From: Vicugna vicugna
Taxonomy: Eukaryota
Assembly (NCBI GenBank): GCA_013265495.1
Contig: MU057651.1
Span: 2,520,948-2,584,947, forward strand
Direction: 5' to 3'
Length of the DNA: 64,000 nucleotides
The position numbers and the translations under genes were made by a program. Within the stretch, counting starts at the first letter, position 1. Each line of letters begins with the position of its first letter. The notes beneath the pieces were generated by a model, which had not been told where the DNA came from, did no database searches, and worked only from the letters and a program-made list of their open reading frames with translations. Below are positions 49,458 to 62,500 of this stretch, piece by piece.

Positions 49458-49952
49458 CAGCCCCCGCCTCCCTGAGCTCGGCCCCTGCCTCCTAGCGCGT
49501 AGCCCCGCCCCTCTGAGCACAGCCCCCGCCTTCCTCCGCACAGCCCCCACCCCCCTGCGCGTAGCCCCCNNNNNNNNNNNNNNNNNNNNNNNNNNNNNNN
49601 NNNNNNNNNNNNNNNNNNNNNNNNNNNNNNNNNNNNNNNNNNNNNNNNNNNNNNNNNNNNNNNNNNNNNNNNNNNNNNNNNNNNNNNNNNNNNNNNNNNN
49701 NNNNNNNNNNNNNNNNNNNNNNNNNNNNNNNNNNNNNNNNNNNNNNNNNNNNNNNNNNNNNNNNNNNNNNNNNNNNNNNNNNNNNNNNNNNNNNNNNNNN
49801 NNNNNNNNNNNNNNNNNNNNNNNNNNNNNNNNNNNNNNNNNNNNNNNNNNNNNNNNNNNNNNNNNNNNNNNNNNNNNNNNNNNNNNNNNNNNNNCCCCCT
49901 GCGCGCAGCCCCCGCCTCCATCCGCGCAGCCCCCGCCCCCCTGCGCGCAGCC
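49458..49952. repeat. GC-rich ~20-21 bp minisatellite (agcccccgcccc(c)tgcgcgc) spanning assembly gap N 49570-49894
   Basis: Similar units on both sides of the gap. Confidence 0.8.
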
Positions 49953-52806
49953 GGCGCCGGATCCCTAGAAAGTCTCCCCTCCAAGGAGGGACGAAGCATG
50001 GAGCGACAGTTTCCAAGTCAAAGCCATCTCAGGACGCGGGAGAATCCGGGTCCACAAAGGTCCCCGCCCCCGGGCCACGGCCGTGCACAGCGCACACCCA
50101 GCCTAGGTTTTGATGCAACAAGGATGGTTCCTCGGTGCAGACGTATTTAAAGCCCGGATTTGCCAAGGAGAGGAAGTTCCTTCCCGTGATGGGCGGCAAA
50201 CTCCCGCACCCGAGGGAGGGCCAGACTTGGCAGCCCCAGTGAACCCCGCCCAGGCCCACTGGTCCCCGGCTGCAGAGAAGAACCTGCGGCAGGTCCGGGG
50301 GCTGCGCCGGCTTCCAGCACTGGGGCCGGCCCAGGCCCAGCGCCACTCACTGCAAACCAACCCCCGGCTTCTCCCGGGACTTTCGATCAGAGAAAGCATG
50401 TCTGTACTTACAGGGAAGAAACCAAATGCAACCTGGTAACCTGCTGATGTTCGGCTTCGAGAAGGAACATTTTTTTTGCAGGTAAAATGAGGAGAAATAA
50501 AAGGGGGGGACGGCCTGCATCTTGGAAATCATTGCTCGTCTCCGCGTGTGACAAGGTTTGATACTGTTAAGGACGTTGAATCTGAGCTGCAAGGAAATGC
50601 TCAATTTCTGAGGCTAAACACGGGCTCTGACGCGGTCAGATGGGGCCCACTCATCCTCCCGCTGGCGGGGGGCCAAGGGAACCGCCTGCCTTACAGCTAC
50701 GTGAGCGTGGACCCCCTCTGGCCGGAGCCACCGGCCTGGGGAAGGTGCAGGTGTCCAGCAGCATCCGCGACATGCAACCTACAACTTGAAAGCGGCTTTC
50801 CACGGGGAGAGTCAGTGACAGGGTCCTGGGTCCTGCTTCCCCCAGGACTGGGCGTCTCTGACCGCCGGATGCTGGGTGATAACTGAGGAATACGGTTTCC
50901 CCCTGAGTGACAGCTTAACTGATTTTTAAAAAGCCCTAAATGATGCATCTGGATCCCAAACAAACAAACAAACAAAAAAACAGGCAGGGAAGGTCCAGGG
51001 ATGGATGCTGCGGCGAGCGCTCTGGGCACGGAGGGAGGTCTCCGCGGGCGTGGACCCCGCAGGAGGGCGTGACTCGGTGGGTCTAAACCCTGCAGAGTCG
51101 GGGGGAGGCTTTGAGAAGCCAGGCGCCGGGGAAGCGTGCACCCCACCTGCTCACAAGAAAGGACTGAGGGTGGAACGTGAGCAAGGATCTCCGAAGGGGG
51201 TCTCGTGCACGTGGTTCAGCTTTCTGTCAAACTTTGATCCCAAAGTTCTTTTTTATTTTTTTCATCATTTGAATTCTCCCTTTTCCACTTCGTTTTATAA
51301 AAAAAAATGTACTAGAGGGAAGTACATTAACCCATCTGTGAATAAGAGAAAGAATAAAGAATCAAACACAGGAATGTCGTATCGCTAGGGGCACCGTGTG
51401 TGCACTACCTTTTTTTTTTCTTCCTCCTCCCTCGGAATAATTTGTTCTTCCCGTGGTGGGTCATTTCCCAAGTTTTAACGAACATAAAATCTCTTTCTCT
51501 ACTAGATAATGCTCCAGGAATCAAAGGTCTGCCACGAGAAATACGCAAACCAAAATTTCTCAAGCGGTGTGCATGTGAAAATTTCCTGTGCATTCGCACC
51601 CGTTTCCAACGCTAAGGGCATAAGAGTAACTTCATGCGTTAAAATCTCCGCACACGTTTTCTTTCATGGTCCCTCTCAGCCTAAAAGGGCTGTCAGGTGT
51701 CTGAATGGGATTCCAATAAGATTCATTATATTTGGGTCCCACTACGCAGCTGTGCTCTTAGGATTACGTCTGTATATATGTCTGAGTGTGTGTGCATGGG
51801 TGTGCACGTGTGTGCATGTGCAAACTGCAGGGTTCCAACTACTGTTTAATTTCCAAGTGACTCGTGTGTCAGCAGACGCTTTTGGTGGCTCTGCCGGACC
51901 ACTGGGGTCCATCCCTTCATGCACGTCCCCAGCTGGAGCCTGCCCGCCGGTGTCCACAGAACAGTGATGCTACCAGCCGCTCTGCGACTGGACAGCAAGA
52001 GTGCTACTGAGTGCAATGACTTTTCCAGACCCGGAGGCTCCACCTGAACAGAGTAATTTTTCTAAAAAGGCTATGAGGGAAACTGTAAACTATGGGAACA
52101 AGTTTGCAGCCTCGCTCCTCCGTGCTTGGGGACACAGAAGAAAACACAGCTGTCGATTCGGAGGAAGTTCTGGTTTTAAATGTGTGCCTGTGATTTTTGT
52201 GAGCACCTGCACGTCCTCCAAGAGGAATTTAAATGAGAGTCTGAAAAGCTTCTCTACCTGAAGCAGACCATGCAAGCAAAATGATGAAACCAAAAAAAAG
52301 TGAGTTCTGCAAATAGTACGTTATTAATGCAAAATATCCTCTCGCTTTCTCCCCACACACACGCAGACACGCTGTATCTGTTTCTCCCTCTCTCTGTGAA
52401 AACATTAGGAACCACTCAGAGACATCGAGTAAAACTCAAGGGTCCGTGAGCTTGCTTCCACGGCAGGCGTGGATTCCCGGGGCCCGCCCTGCGCCCTCCT
52501 GCAGACTGTCACCGCGACCCCCCAGCACTGATGCCACAATGGGGCCCCGGGGCCCCTCCAGGCTGCCCTCCCCAGACCAGAGATGTGCAGCAAGCCGGCT
52601 TCTGCAAAATCAGAGGGACCCTTCCTCCTGCATCTGACCCTTTGGGAATTACCGCTCCAGCCATCCAACAGAAGATTCTGGAAGCAGCAGAGGGGAGAGC
52701 GCAGGAGGGGGCAGGCGGGGTTTTAGGAGAGAGGGAACAGGCAGAGGCGTGGAAGACGACACGGGGACCGCTGCCACACGGGCTGGCACCCCGGGCGGCT
52801 CCCTAC

Positions 52807-52963
52807 CTAACCCCAGGTGCGGGTGGCACTCCACCAGAGCCCAGCTGTTGTCGTCCACGCAGTGGCTTCGGTACACCAGCCACTGGCACAGGTCCCGGGC
52901 CGTCGTGTCTGCGAGAATCTCCACCACTCTGCTCGTGCCGTCCTCGCTGAAGACTCTGACATC
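52807..52963 (-). CDS. GRB10: GRB10 exon, 157 nt, RA domain N-terminus [52 protein letters not shown]
   Basis: ttgcag| acceptor, |gtaggg donor, phase 0/1; RA-domain VFSEDG motif. Confidence 0.97.
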
Positions 52964-55404
52964 CTGCAACACAAGGAGGGCGCCTGCAGGTGAATGGAAA
53001 CCAAGTCGGACAGGACACGCAGGGACGGCGGTGCTCCAACCCACGGACGGCTGTCCCTCCAGGCAGGCGGTGCCTGCCGGCGTCAGGGCTGCAGGGCCAG
53101 CCCGCGTCCACTCTGCCCCTGGCTCCAGTCCCCTCGGATGGTGCAGAGCACGGACAGTGACAGCTCGATGTTCTTAACACGCCCGGGACATCCTGGGGAC
53201 CTCGTGGCCCGAGTAGAGCGTGCGACCGCTTCCCCATGGGATGTCTGAGGAGGCAGCAGAATTCAAGTGATGCTGGTGGCCTTGGGAACCAGTTGAACCG
53301 ATGGTAAAAACAAAGCCACAGAGGAAGGTGGGATTTTAGGACAAAGGGAGAAGGCAGAAGTGTGGAGGACAACACAGAGACCGTGGCTACCCTGGCGGGG
53401 ACAATGCAGGGACACTGCAGGGACATAACTGTCACTGACTGCGCCTGGCCTCCCTTCCCCGGGTCTGGGGTGCAGCGGTCAGCACCCACTGCCCCCTCCT
53501 GGCCCCCGCCACCTGTGTCTTCCTCACTGAGGCTCAGGAAGAAGATGAGGGAAATTAACTTGAATACATGGAAATAAAAAATACTAAAAAGATGGGCGTT
53601 GTAAAAACAGTCCCAACATTTTTGGGCTCTTCTCCCTGCAAAATCACGTGCAAGCTTCACTTCCCAGGGCTGTGCAAAGCTACTGCATGTGAGCGGCTCC
53701 CAGGCAAGCCAGGCAGAAACCCAGAGGGTCAGAAAGAAATTGCCCAGCTACCGAAGCGACCAGGGTGTGACCTTTAAGGGAAAACGAGATGCTTAAAAAA
53801 AAAAAAATCTTACCTCCACGGCATGGAAAAAGCAGTCAGAGGAACAAGACGGCGTTTTAAGTGGAGATGGCCTCTGGGAAGGGAGTTTGTCCCCAGCCTT
53901 TCCCACTGTCCCTGGCAGGCAGGCCCCGCTCCGGGCACTGACCCACTGGGGGCTGGCTGTGGGGACCGAGCCTGGGGACAGGCCATCTCCCGGCAGCAGG
54001 GAAGTGGCTGCCAGTCTGTCCTGGGCTCGGTCCCCTAGGTAGTAAATCAAGCCACGCCAGGCGGATCAGTTAGGTCCCTCCTGAGATGCAACTGCCCCCC
54101 ACGCCGGTGCCCCCTGCCCGACAGCACAGCGCTCGGACCGACACCCTCCAGAAAAACCCCTGCCCGTTCCCCCCACGGCAGCCAACTGCCAGGCAGGAGG
54201 CTCAGAGCCTGAGCACGTGTGCTCTCTGAATCCAGGGCCGTCTGCCAAACCGCTCGGAAATCTTTCTCCCTGCAAGTCATGCCGTCAGGTGCAAGCGTGG
54301 AGCTGGGGCTGTCTGTGGCCCGGGTGTCAGCCGGTCCTGAAGCACTGGCTCCAGCTCCCTCACTCTCTGTCCCTTTTCTCTGAACGTTTATCTCCAGGAC
54401 AGACTCTGAGTGTTTATTTCCACCGCAAGGAGTCCAGGAGTGAAGTCCTCTGGGAAAGGCATCTTCCCACAAGGGCCGTCTCCACCGTCCCCCAGCTCCT
54501 GGCCCCGAGGAGTTCGAGCTCACTCGGCTGGAGGGGAGGCAGGGGCAGCCTGGGGGACAGCGCCGTCCGGCTGGGCAGGGCCACCGTCCCCACCTGCCAC
54601 CTCTCAGCCAGCCCGCGACCCCAGAGGGATACCCGGGCGGCTGGATCAGGACCGAGGGACCCGCTTACAACTCACATTCATTTTTAAAGAAATCCACTCC
54701 TGTCTTTTCCGGAACTTACATCTCACTCACTCAAAGTCACCCTACTTCCAAACAAGTCAAATATTCAAACACAGCTGATGTGTTTGGGTCTACGAAAATA
54801 ACGTTTAATTTCAACAGAGTAACTACGTCTCTTGTCTACAGGTTGAAAGCTTTTTCAAGGCAAACGCATGAACGTAAAAGAAGGACGAATTTAGAAATTA
54901 CGAATGAGTTCATACAATTGCTAGTTGCATTTTCACATTTCCCACCCCGTCTTCTGCGCCCGTGTCAGATGCAGCCGCGCAGACCAGCGTATTCCTAACT
55001 GTCCTCTTTCCCCAAGTTTCCCAGCGAGCCGACATGGGATGACAATGAATGATCTGGTCTCCGGAAAATTTAAACGATGGTGAAATGCTTTTCCCACCCC
55101 CACCCTGTCTTTTCCAGCCCCCGGGCAGCTGTGGCACCAGCTTTTAAATCTCCTTTCCAGCCGGGCTGCACCTGATTCTTTAAACACTCTCCTCGCGTGT
55201 CTGAGGCTCCCAGGCCGGGCTCCCCAAAGGGCTATAGTCGGAGCATTAAAATCGACGCTGCGCTTTGTCCTAAGGCCACGTCTGTGGCGTTCAGATTCCT
55301 GGAGCCGGCAGCTGGGAACTCCAGATGAGTGCATCCATGGTGAACACTTATGCACAAAGGATGACTTTGGAACAGCCAGCGCCGTTTAACCCAGCAGCTC
55401 TCCA

Positions 55405-55632
55405 ATTTTTTTTTAATTGACGTATGTATAGTCAGTTACAATGTGTCAGTTACAATGTGTCAAATGTCTGGTGCACAGCATCGTGTCTCCATCATACACA
55501 CACATACATAGATTCCTTTTCACATTCTTCTTCCATCATAGGTGACTGCAAGAAATTGAACACAGTTCCCTGTGCTGTACAGAAGGATCTCGTGGTTTAT
55601 CTGTTTTATATATAGCGGTTAGTATCTGCAGA
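55405..55632 (-). mobile_element. LINE-1 3'UTR fragment
   Basis: Reverse complement of the L1 3' end: ttttttaattga.gta..tagtcagttaca ... cagttccctgtgctgtacag ... tagtatctgca. Confidence 0.8.
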
Positions 55633-58338
55633 TCTCCATCTCGAATCTTCTAGAACGCCAGCAGTTCTGCAAGGAGCATTTTGCACTGTGCCCCCTGCCC
55701 CTTCAGTCAGCACCTGGGCAGTGCTGGGGTCCACCCTGGAAGCAGGTACAGGGTTTGTATCTTCAGTGCATCCGGTCTCGGCCATCTAGCGAGGGCGGAA
55801 TGCAGAACCAAGAGGGCCTGGGGGATCCGAGTGGGGGTCTGCTCTGACTTAGGTCTTCATTGCCGTCCAATCTACATCTTAGGTCCCGAGCTCTCTCGGT
55901 CGTGTTTCAATGCGTTTCTCAAAGTGAGGATGGAGGCTGCGCTTTTCAGGAACTCCCTCCCAATGCTCCTGTAAGCAGTGCAGGTCAACCCTGCCAACTG
56001 GACACAGATACAGTGGATTTTTATTATCGGTTTTCGGTGTAACGTATCTGGACAATACATTAGGGACAAAGGAAGAAACGTGACAACCAGGGACAGTTCC
56101 CAGCTTCGCTGTCACAAGTCCAGAGTGTGCCCTTCCAGGCTTCTCCGCACACGTCTTTATAAACAGACACACTGACGTGACCAGGGTCAGAGCGCAGACA
56201 CAGTTCTGCAATCGGGCTGCGGGGCTTCACGTTACACCGTAGACGTTTAGTGGGTCATGACGTTTGACACTTTAGGGCCTGTGAAATGCGCCTTCGCACG
56301 GCTGCCTTGAACGTGACATTGTCCGACGCCGTCCGGTGAATGGCTTCGAGGCGTCCATGCTTATCAGTGGCACTCCCAGTCCCACCTCTGTGCCTGAGTC
56401 TCAGTGTGTGGGTCTAATGACATCCTTGGGACAAACTGCTCGATGTCAAGCTTTCTTAAAGTACGTCTCTAGTAAGGGGAACGTTTCCAAGAACCTCCAT
56501 GTGTTGACGACCGGCTGTTTGGCAGAAAACATACTATTCCTTAAAAGGGCATTTGTTAAGACAGTGGACGGGTGGGCCAGGCCAATGAGCACCCCCAAAC
56601 AGCAGCTCCCCACTTAGCAAGCAGCCCCCTCTCCCTGGGTGTCCCCGTGTCCCCCACTGCGCACTCCCTACCCCCAAACTGTCTAAAGGCGTCAATTATG
56701 GAGAGAATTTCTGGATCGAGTCAGAGAACGGACCGCAGAAACTACCGGTCCGGGATTCAAACTCCCGCTCGCCACTGACATTGTCAGTCACAAAACAGAG
56801 GGACTGTCACACAGGCTGATGGCGAGGGTGACCCAGAGAAACGCACCGAAGTGCCCGTCACAGAGTGCACGCTCAGTAAGGGGTCATTCCACACAGACTG
56901 GCTTGTGTCCTCCTCCTGGGGGGACACTTCACACCTAAAAGATGACTTTCCCCGTGAGCTCCAGGGCCGAGAAAGCCCCCACGCCGACACCGCATCAACC
57001 AGAAAGCGTGCGTGCGGGCACAGAGCTCCACCCTGGACTTTACACTGTTTCCCGTCCAGTCATTGAAAATCCTGGAATTAGAGGAGTTTGCTTTGTCTTG
57101 AAAGATGCTGACGGCCACAGCAAGAGGCAGGGATGGTCCAGGAGACCAGGAAGACGCCCCGTGACGTCCCGTCTGTCCACCCTGGGAGGGGCAGGGGCTG
57201 TGGGGCGCCCTCTTCCCACAGCAGGGTTGACCAGATAATCTCTCAGAGGCCTGGTAACTCGGGTCCACCTCCAGATCTGCTGGGGGCAGGCGGCAGCTTT
57301 TGGTGGCAGGTCCCCCTGCAGCGTGAACACGGGGGCCGGGTCTTTCCGGCGCGATCACAGCCTTCGTGGGGAGCGAACTCCAGGAGCCAAGCCCCCTTCC
57401 TGGGGCAGCCGTGTCTCTCAGGGGAACTCACCGCCAGAGGCTTGCAAACTTGCTGTGTAAACGCAATTCCTAGTTGATTTTTTTTTTTAACGCGATGAAG
57501 GAATTAGATGTAATCATATTAGCAGGCCTGGTGCAAAAAACAATCACAATCGTTTACGGAAACATACTAAAATATTTACAGATGAATTATCTGACGGCTG
57601 GGATTTGGGTCAAAGCAACACACGAGGGAACTGACGGGGGTGTGACATGGTGGGGGGGACGCGGGGAGGCACACGGGGTTCAGCACCCTCTCTGTCTAGT
57701 TTTGTGTAGGTTCCGAAGTCTTCAGGATAAAGCCTTGTCAGCTTTGTGCTGCCGGGAGAAATAAAGCAGATTTTAAGACTTTTCCTGCTCATTTGGTTGA
57801 AGAATGGAACCCACCTTTCTCTCCTTCACCGTGAAATTCACTGGCGAGAGCAGGTCTCCTGCACGTCCTCCCTGGTTCCTAGTGGGAACCGGGGCGGGGG
57901 TGGATTCTGACCCCGAGGGACGCGTGGCAATGTTCGAGACATCGCTGCACGTCACAGCCGGTGCGTATGTGGCGGGCACCACCGTGTTCCAGTGGGCAGA
58001 GGCCACAGGCGCCCCCACGGTGCACAGGCCGGCCCCCGCGGAGGAGCACTCACTCCCAGGTGTCACTGACGCCGACTGCAGGGCAAGGGGCCCTTGTGCT
58101 AAGGAGCAAGCAAGTCCCTGGTGAGGACGTGCCACCGTGACACGGGAACCGGCCTGAAAGTGGCTTCCTTCCACCAGCCCCACCGGGACAGGTGAGCATC
58201 CGAACCATTAATGGCAGTGCTGATGGTAAGCCAAGGGGTAACGCAATCACCAGGGTGCCCTTGCTGACAAATGCACAGACGCAGGCGTGAGTCCCTGGGA
58301 GAGACGGGGCACTCCTCCTCACGGCCACAGGCCACCAG

Positions 58339-58462
58339 GGCGGAGGGCACAGCTCAGCGGTGAAGTGTGTGCCTAGCATGAACAGGGTCCCGGGTTCAGT
58401 CCCCAGCACCTCCGTCAGAAGTGAAGACATAAAGGAATAAATACCGAATTACCTCCCCCCAC
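58339..58462 (+). mobile_element. tRNA-derived SINE (vic-1-like) whose tail seeds the following tandem array
   Basis: ggagggcacagctcagcggtgaagtgtgtgcctagcatgaacagggtcccgggttcagtccccagcacctcc...aattacctcccccc. Confidence 0.82.
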
Positions 58463-58533
58463 TATATATATATACACACAGAAATTTTTTTTAAAATAAG
58501 AAATAAAGAAATAAATACCGAATTACCTCCCCC

Positions 58534-58572
<39 letters not shown>

Positions 58573-59250
58573 GAAATTTTTTAAAAATAAGAAATAAATA
58601 AAAGCCAAATTACTGCCCTCCACTATATATATATATATATATATACATACACAAATTTTTAAAAAATAAATAAATAAATACCAAATTACCTCCCCTCACT
58701 ATATATATACAAATTTTTTAAAAATAAAGAAATAAAGAAATACCGAATTACCTCCCCCCACTATATATATATACACAGAAATTTTTCAAAAATAAGAAAT
58801 AAAGAAATAAAAACCGAATTACTGCCCTCCACTATATATATATGTATATATATATACACACACACACAGATTTTTTACAAATAAAGAAATAAATACAGAA
58901 TTACTTCCCCTCACTATATATGTATATATATATACAAATTAAAAAAAAATACCAAATTACCTCCCCCCACTATATATATACAAATTTTTTAAAAATAAAG
59001 AAACAAAGAAATACCGAATTACCTCCCCCCACTATATATATATACAAATTAAAAAAAAAGAAATAAATACTGAATTACCTCCCCCCACTATATATATATA
59101 CAAATTTTTAAAGCATAAATAAAGAAATACCAAATTACCTCCCCCACTATATATATGTATTTATATATATATATATAATATACAAATTTTTAAAAAATAA
59201 AAAAAAATACCTAATTACCTTCTCTCCTGTATATACATAAATTTTTAAAA
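58435..59250 (+). repeat. Compound minisatellite, 12 units of about 57-90 bp (aaataccgaattacctccccccac-(TA)n-caaattttttaaaaataaagaaat)
   Basis: Core aattac(c/t) counted 12 times between about 58441 and 59220, with variable internal (TA)n. Confidence 0.92.
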
Positions 59251-59479
59251 CGTGAACTCGAAGGCAGCCAGTCAGTGCAGAATGACACAGTCTGGCTCAG
59301 TGACAATCACCAGACAGGAGCCATCCGCACGGGACAAAGCCAGTCAATGGAAGCCGGAGGGAGGGAAACCCACTCACGTGGTTTCAAGTTATCTTCCCTT
59401 AAATTGCTTCTGACAGTTTAAGTCCAAGAGGGGACTTATGTACACCTACATATATCTCCCCTCTTTTTTAAAAATTATA

Positions 59480-59572
59480 AAAAATTTTTTTTTTAATGGA
59501 GGGGCTGGGGATGGAACCTAGGACCTCACGCATGCTGAGCACACGCTCCACCCCTGAGCTGCACCCTCCCCC
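59480..59572 (-). mobile_element. tRNA-derived SINE (vic-1-like)
   Basis: ttttaatggaggggctggggatggaacctaggacctcacgcatgctgagcacacgctccacccctgagctgcaccctcccc. Confidence 0.85.
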
Positions 59573-62500
59573 GACTCCCTTAAATTACCACCCTTTCCTC
59601 TGTAACTCTATAGCGGAGAAACAGCAGACAGGAGGAATTAATACCAAGGTCAGTGTAACCGGACAAACCAGCGTCACAGGTGTCCCGAGCTCCTGCTCGG
59701 AGAAGGGCACTGCCTGCCTGGGGTCTCCGCACCACGTCCGAACTGCGGGAGTCCCCAGGAACCCTCCCACCCCACCAACCAGAGAGGATGCTCCGGGAAC
59801 CAGGAGAGCCCCACGGGAAGGGCGTTAGACACCCTAAAACCAGAGCGAAGGGTGGTCCTGCGTTGGTTCATGAATCAGGAACCAGAAGCCCCAGAGGACA
59901 CGAGCAGGTCGCCTGGGGGATCTGAACAAGGTGTGCAGGCTGGGTCCTTGCATTAACTGATGCCAACCCCTCCCTGTCACACACACGGGCGCCGGCGTGC
60001 CTGTCTGCACGCGTGCATTCGGGAGCAGGGAAGGTGCTTCAAAATGGGACCGCCTGCCTTACTGGGAATCAGGCTAAAGGCTCCCTGAGAGGTCTCTGTA
60101 TTACTGTCACCGCAACTTCCCTACGGGTTTGAAGTTATTTCTCAGTAAAAGGTTGAAACACACGTCGTGTGAAAATAATGAAATGTAGGCCCCCCCCTTC
60201 CACCCACCAGGGTCTCGTCCCCCACAGGCGGACGGCGGAGTCACAGAGGTGGTGGGAGGGGAGGGAGGGAGCCACTGTCGGGCTGTTTCCATCACCAGGG
60301 GGCCCCCATCCCTTTTGCACCAAGTCCCCATCTTCACCATCTGGGATATTTAGGATCCAAAATGCGCAGGCACCCGGTGGTGCCGTCGCAGCTGGGGTGA
60401 ATGAAAGATCTTAGATGCAAAAAAAGGCACTTACGTGGGCAGTCCCTTCATGGTTCCTGGGGACAGGGGGCCTCCAGCTGTGCCCCGGAGCAGCCAGGAC
60501 GGAACATTAGCCTCCGTGCAAACCCCCGGGCCTGCGCCACGCAGCCCGCACGGGAGTCCCCTCCGCGAACGCCCCACCGTTACATTGGTGTTGGGGTGAG
60601 GGTGGGGGAGGAGACACAGCTGGATGGAAAGACCAAAAACATCCAGAAAGGGGACAGCTGGGGAAGACGGGCAGATTTGCTGCGAGTTTACAAAACGGTG
60701 ACATTTGAGGTGCTGAGAGAGTCTGAAAATGGCTAAGAGATTGCAAAGAAGATAGAATTTTCACTCTCAAAATCCCGATTCATCTCCAAACTGCATCTGC
60801 TAAGAATGCAGTTTGTATCAATAAACTTTCTACTCCCCATGACACCATCTTTTTTTGGAAAGTAAGCTTACCTGCCGTCACAGAGAGATTCTGTATTTAC
60901 AAAAATATTGATCACCGCCAGGCGTTACGAACAGCGATGACTGCGAATTCCCTTAAAAAGCCGAACGTAGTCCCTGACTGGCATCACCGCGTGTTCTGAT
61001 CTAAACCCCAGGCAACACGCGTGAAACCCGTCGCTTGACAGGGAGATGCCTGGATTTCCAGCCCGCGGTGCGGGCCGTTTGTCTGTCTGTCTGACAAGGC
61101 AGGCCTTCCCAGGTCTGCTCACGTTAGACCACAGATCGGCTGGAAAGAAACGTGAAGTGCAGAGACCAGAGTCGGGCACAAGTCCGCCAAAATCAGGCAA
61201 GCGGAAGGTTGTACCCAACACGAGCTCAGGAGGTCCAACATCGAAGGGTTAAGCACCTCAAAGGGACAGTGGACACCTCACCCCCCACCTCCGGCTGCTG
61301 GGGTGTCAGACGGGAACCGTTTCCAGGACAATACGCAAGCTAAAGCCCTCCTGCAAACCTCCCTCCCGTCTGTCCCCTTCTTTGCTCACAGGCAGGCTCA
61401 GTAAGTACCTTCTAGAGCTTCTGGAAGCTACAGAAACAGCCAATGAAATGACGGATCGCCTGGGCGCCTGCTCCATCACAGGGGAGGGTCAAGATCGCAG
61501 CCTCTCCAGGGCCAGCGGCACAAGACACAAGAGATCCACCCCGCCGGGTCCCTCTGCTCCTCGGACAGGGGACTGGCCGGGCCCCGGGGCACTCACGTCC
61601 TGCTGGAATGGGGTACCCAGCCCTTACGTGCACACACACACAGTCCTGAACACAGAAATCCCTTAATCAGCAGTTCCAGTGCTGGGACTCCGTCCATCTG
61701 TCTGTCTGTCATGTTCCTCTCCCCTCCTCCATCCCCCTGCTCGGCACCGTTAAGTGACCAAGGACTTAGTGTCCCAAGGATGCTCATTTCAGCTCTGTTT
61801 ACAGTAAGAAAGAGCCACAAACTGCCATGATTCTGCAGATTTTCCTATCAAAATAGTTTTTCTTACCCATCCCTGACGTCTTCTGTGATTTTTTTCCCCC
61901 AAATTCAACGTATTTTATCCCACAAACTTCAAATCTTACTTTAAAACTATACTTTTGACGTGAACAATATAAATTCAGATGAAGGATTTAACAGACAAAA
62001 TTACGGATTTTCTCTAGCTTCTTCAAAAGTATTTTTGAACACTTTTGTATCTTTTCTATCCAAAAGAGAAAATATAATTTTCTACTGATATAAGTTACAA
62101 ATTTTTTTTTTTTTTGAGGTCTAGTCAGTCTACAATGTTGTGTCGGTTTCCAGCACCATGCTTCAGTCACACATGCATCTTATCTTGGCTTGCTTCAGTG
62201 GACTGGGTTTAGGACCGAATTCTCTGGATCCCTTCACTCCCACGGTTCACGGTTTCACAATCTCACACGTCACATCCAATAGTTATGTTCTTAGTATGTA
62301 CCGGAGTGATTTAACAGGGTAACATTAAAATTAAGATTTTTTTTTCCCTTCCTTGGAAACTGGTTTTTAAGGAGGTGAGCATTTGACGTGCACAATCTCC
62401 CCAGGGCCACACTTCAAACTTGGCCCCAGCAGCCCCCCGAGAGCTCCTCCCAGGACAGGTGCCCGGCAGCATCCTTTGGGGGCAGTGGCGGCCCTCCAGC

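Noticed and set aside
58435..59250. CRISPR-like look (conserved ~20-bp core separated by variable sequence)
   Set aside because: The intervening sequences are homologous (TA)n/A-rich variants, not unique spacers; the context is mammalian with no cas genes; the unit derives from a SINE tail.
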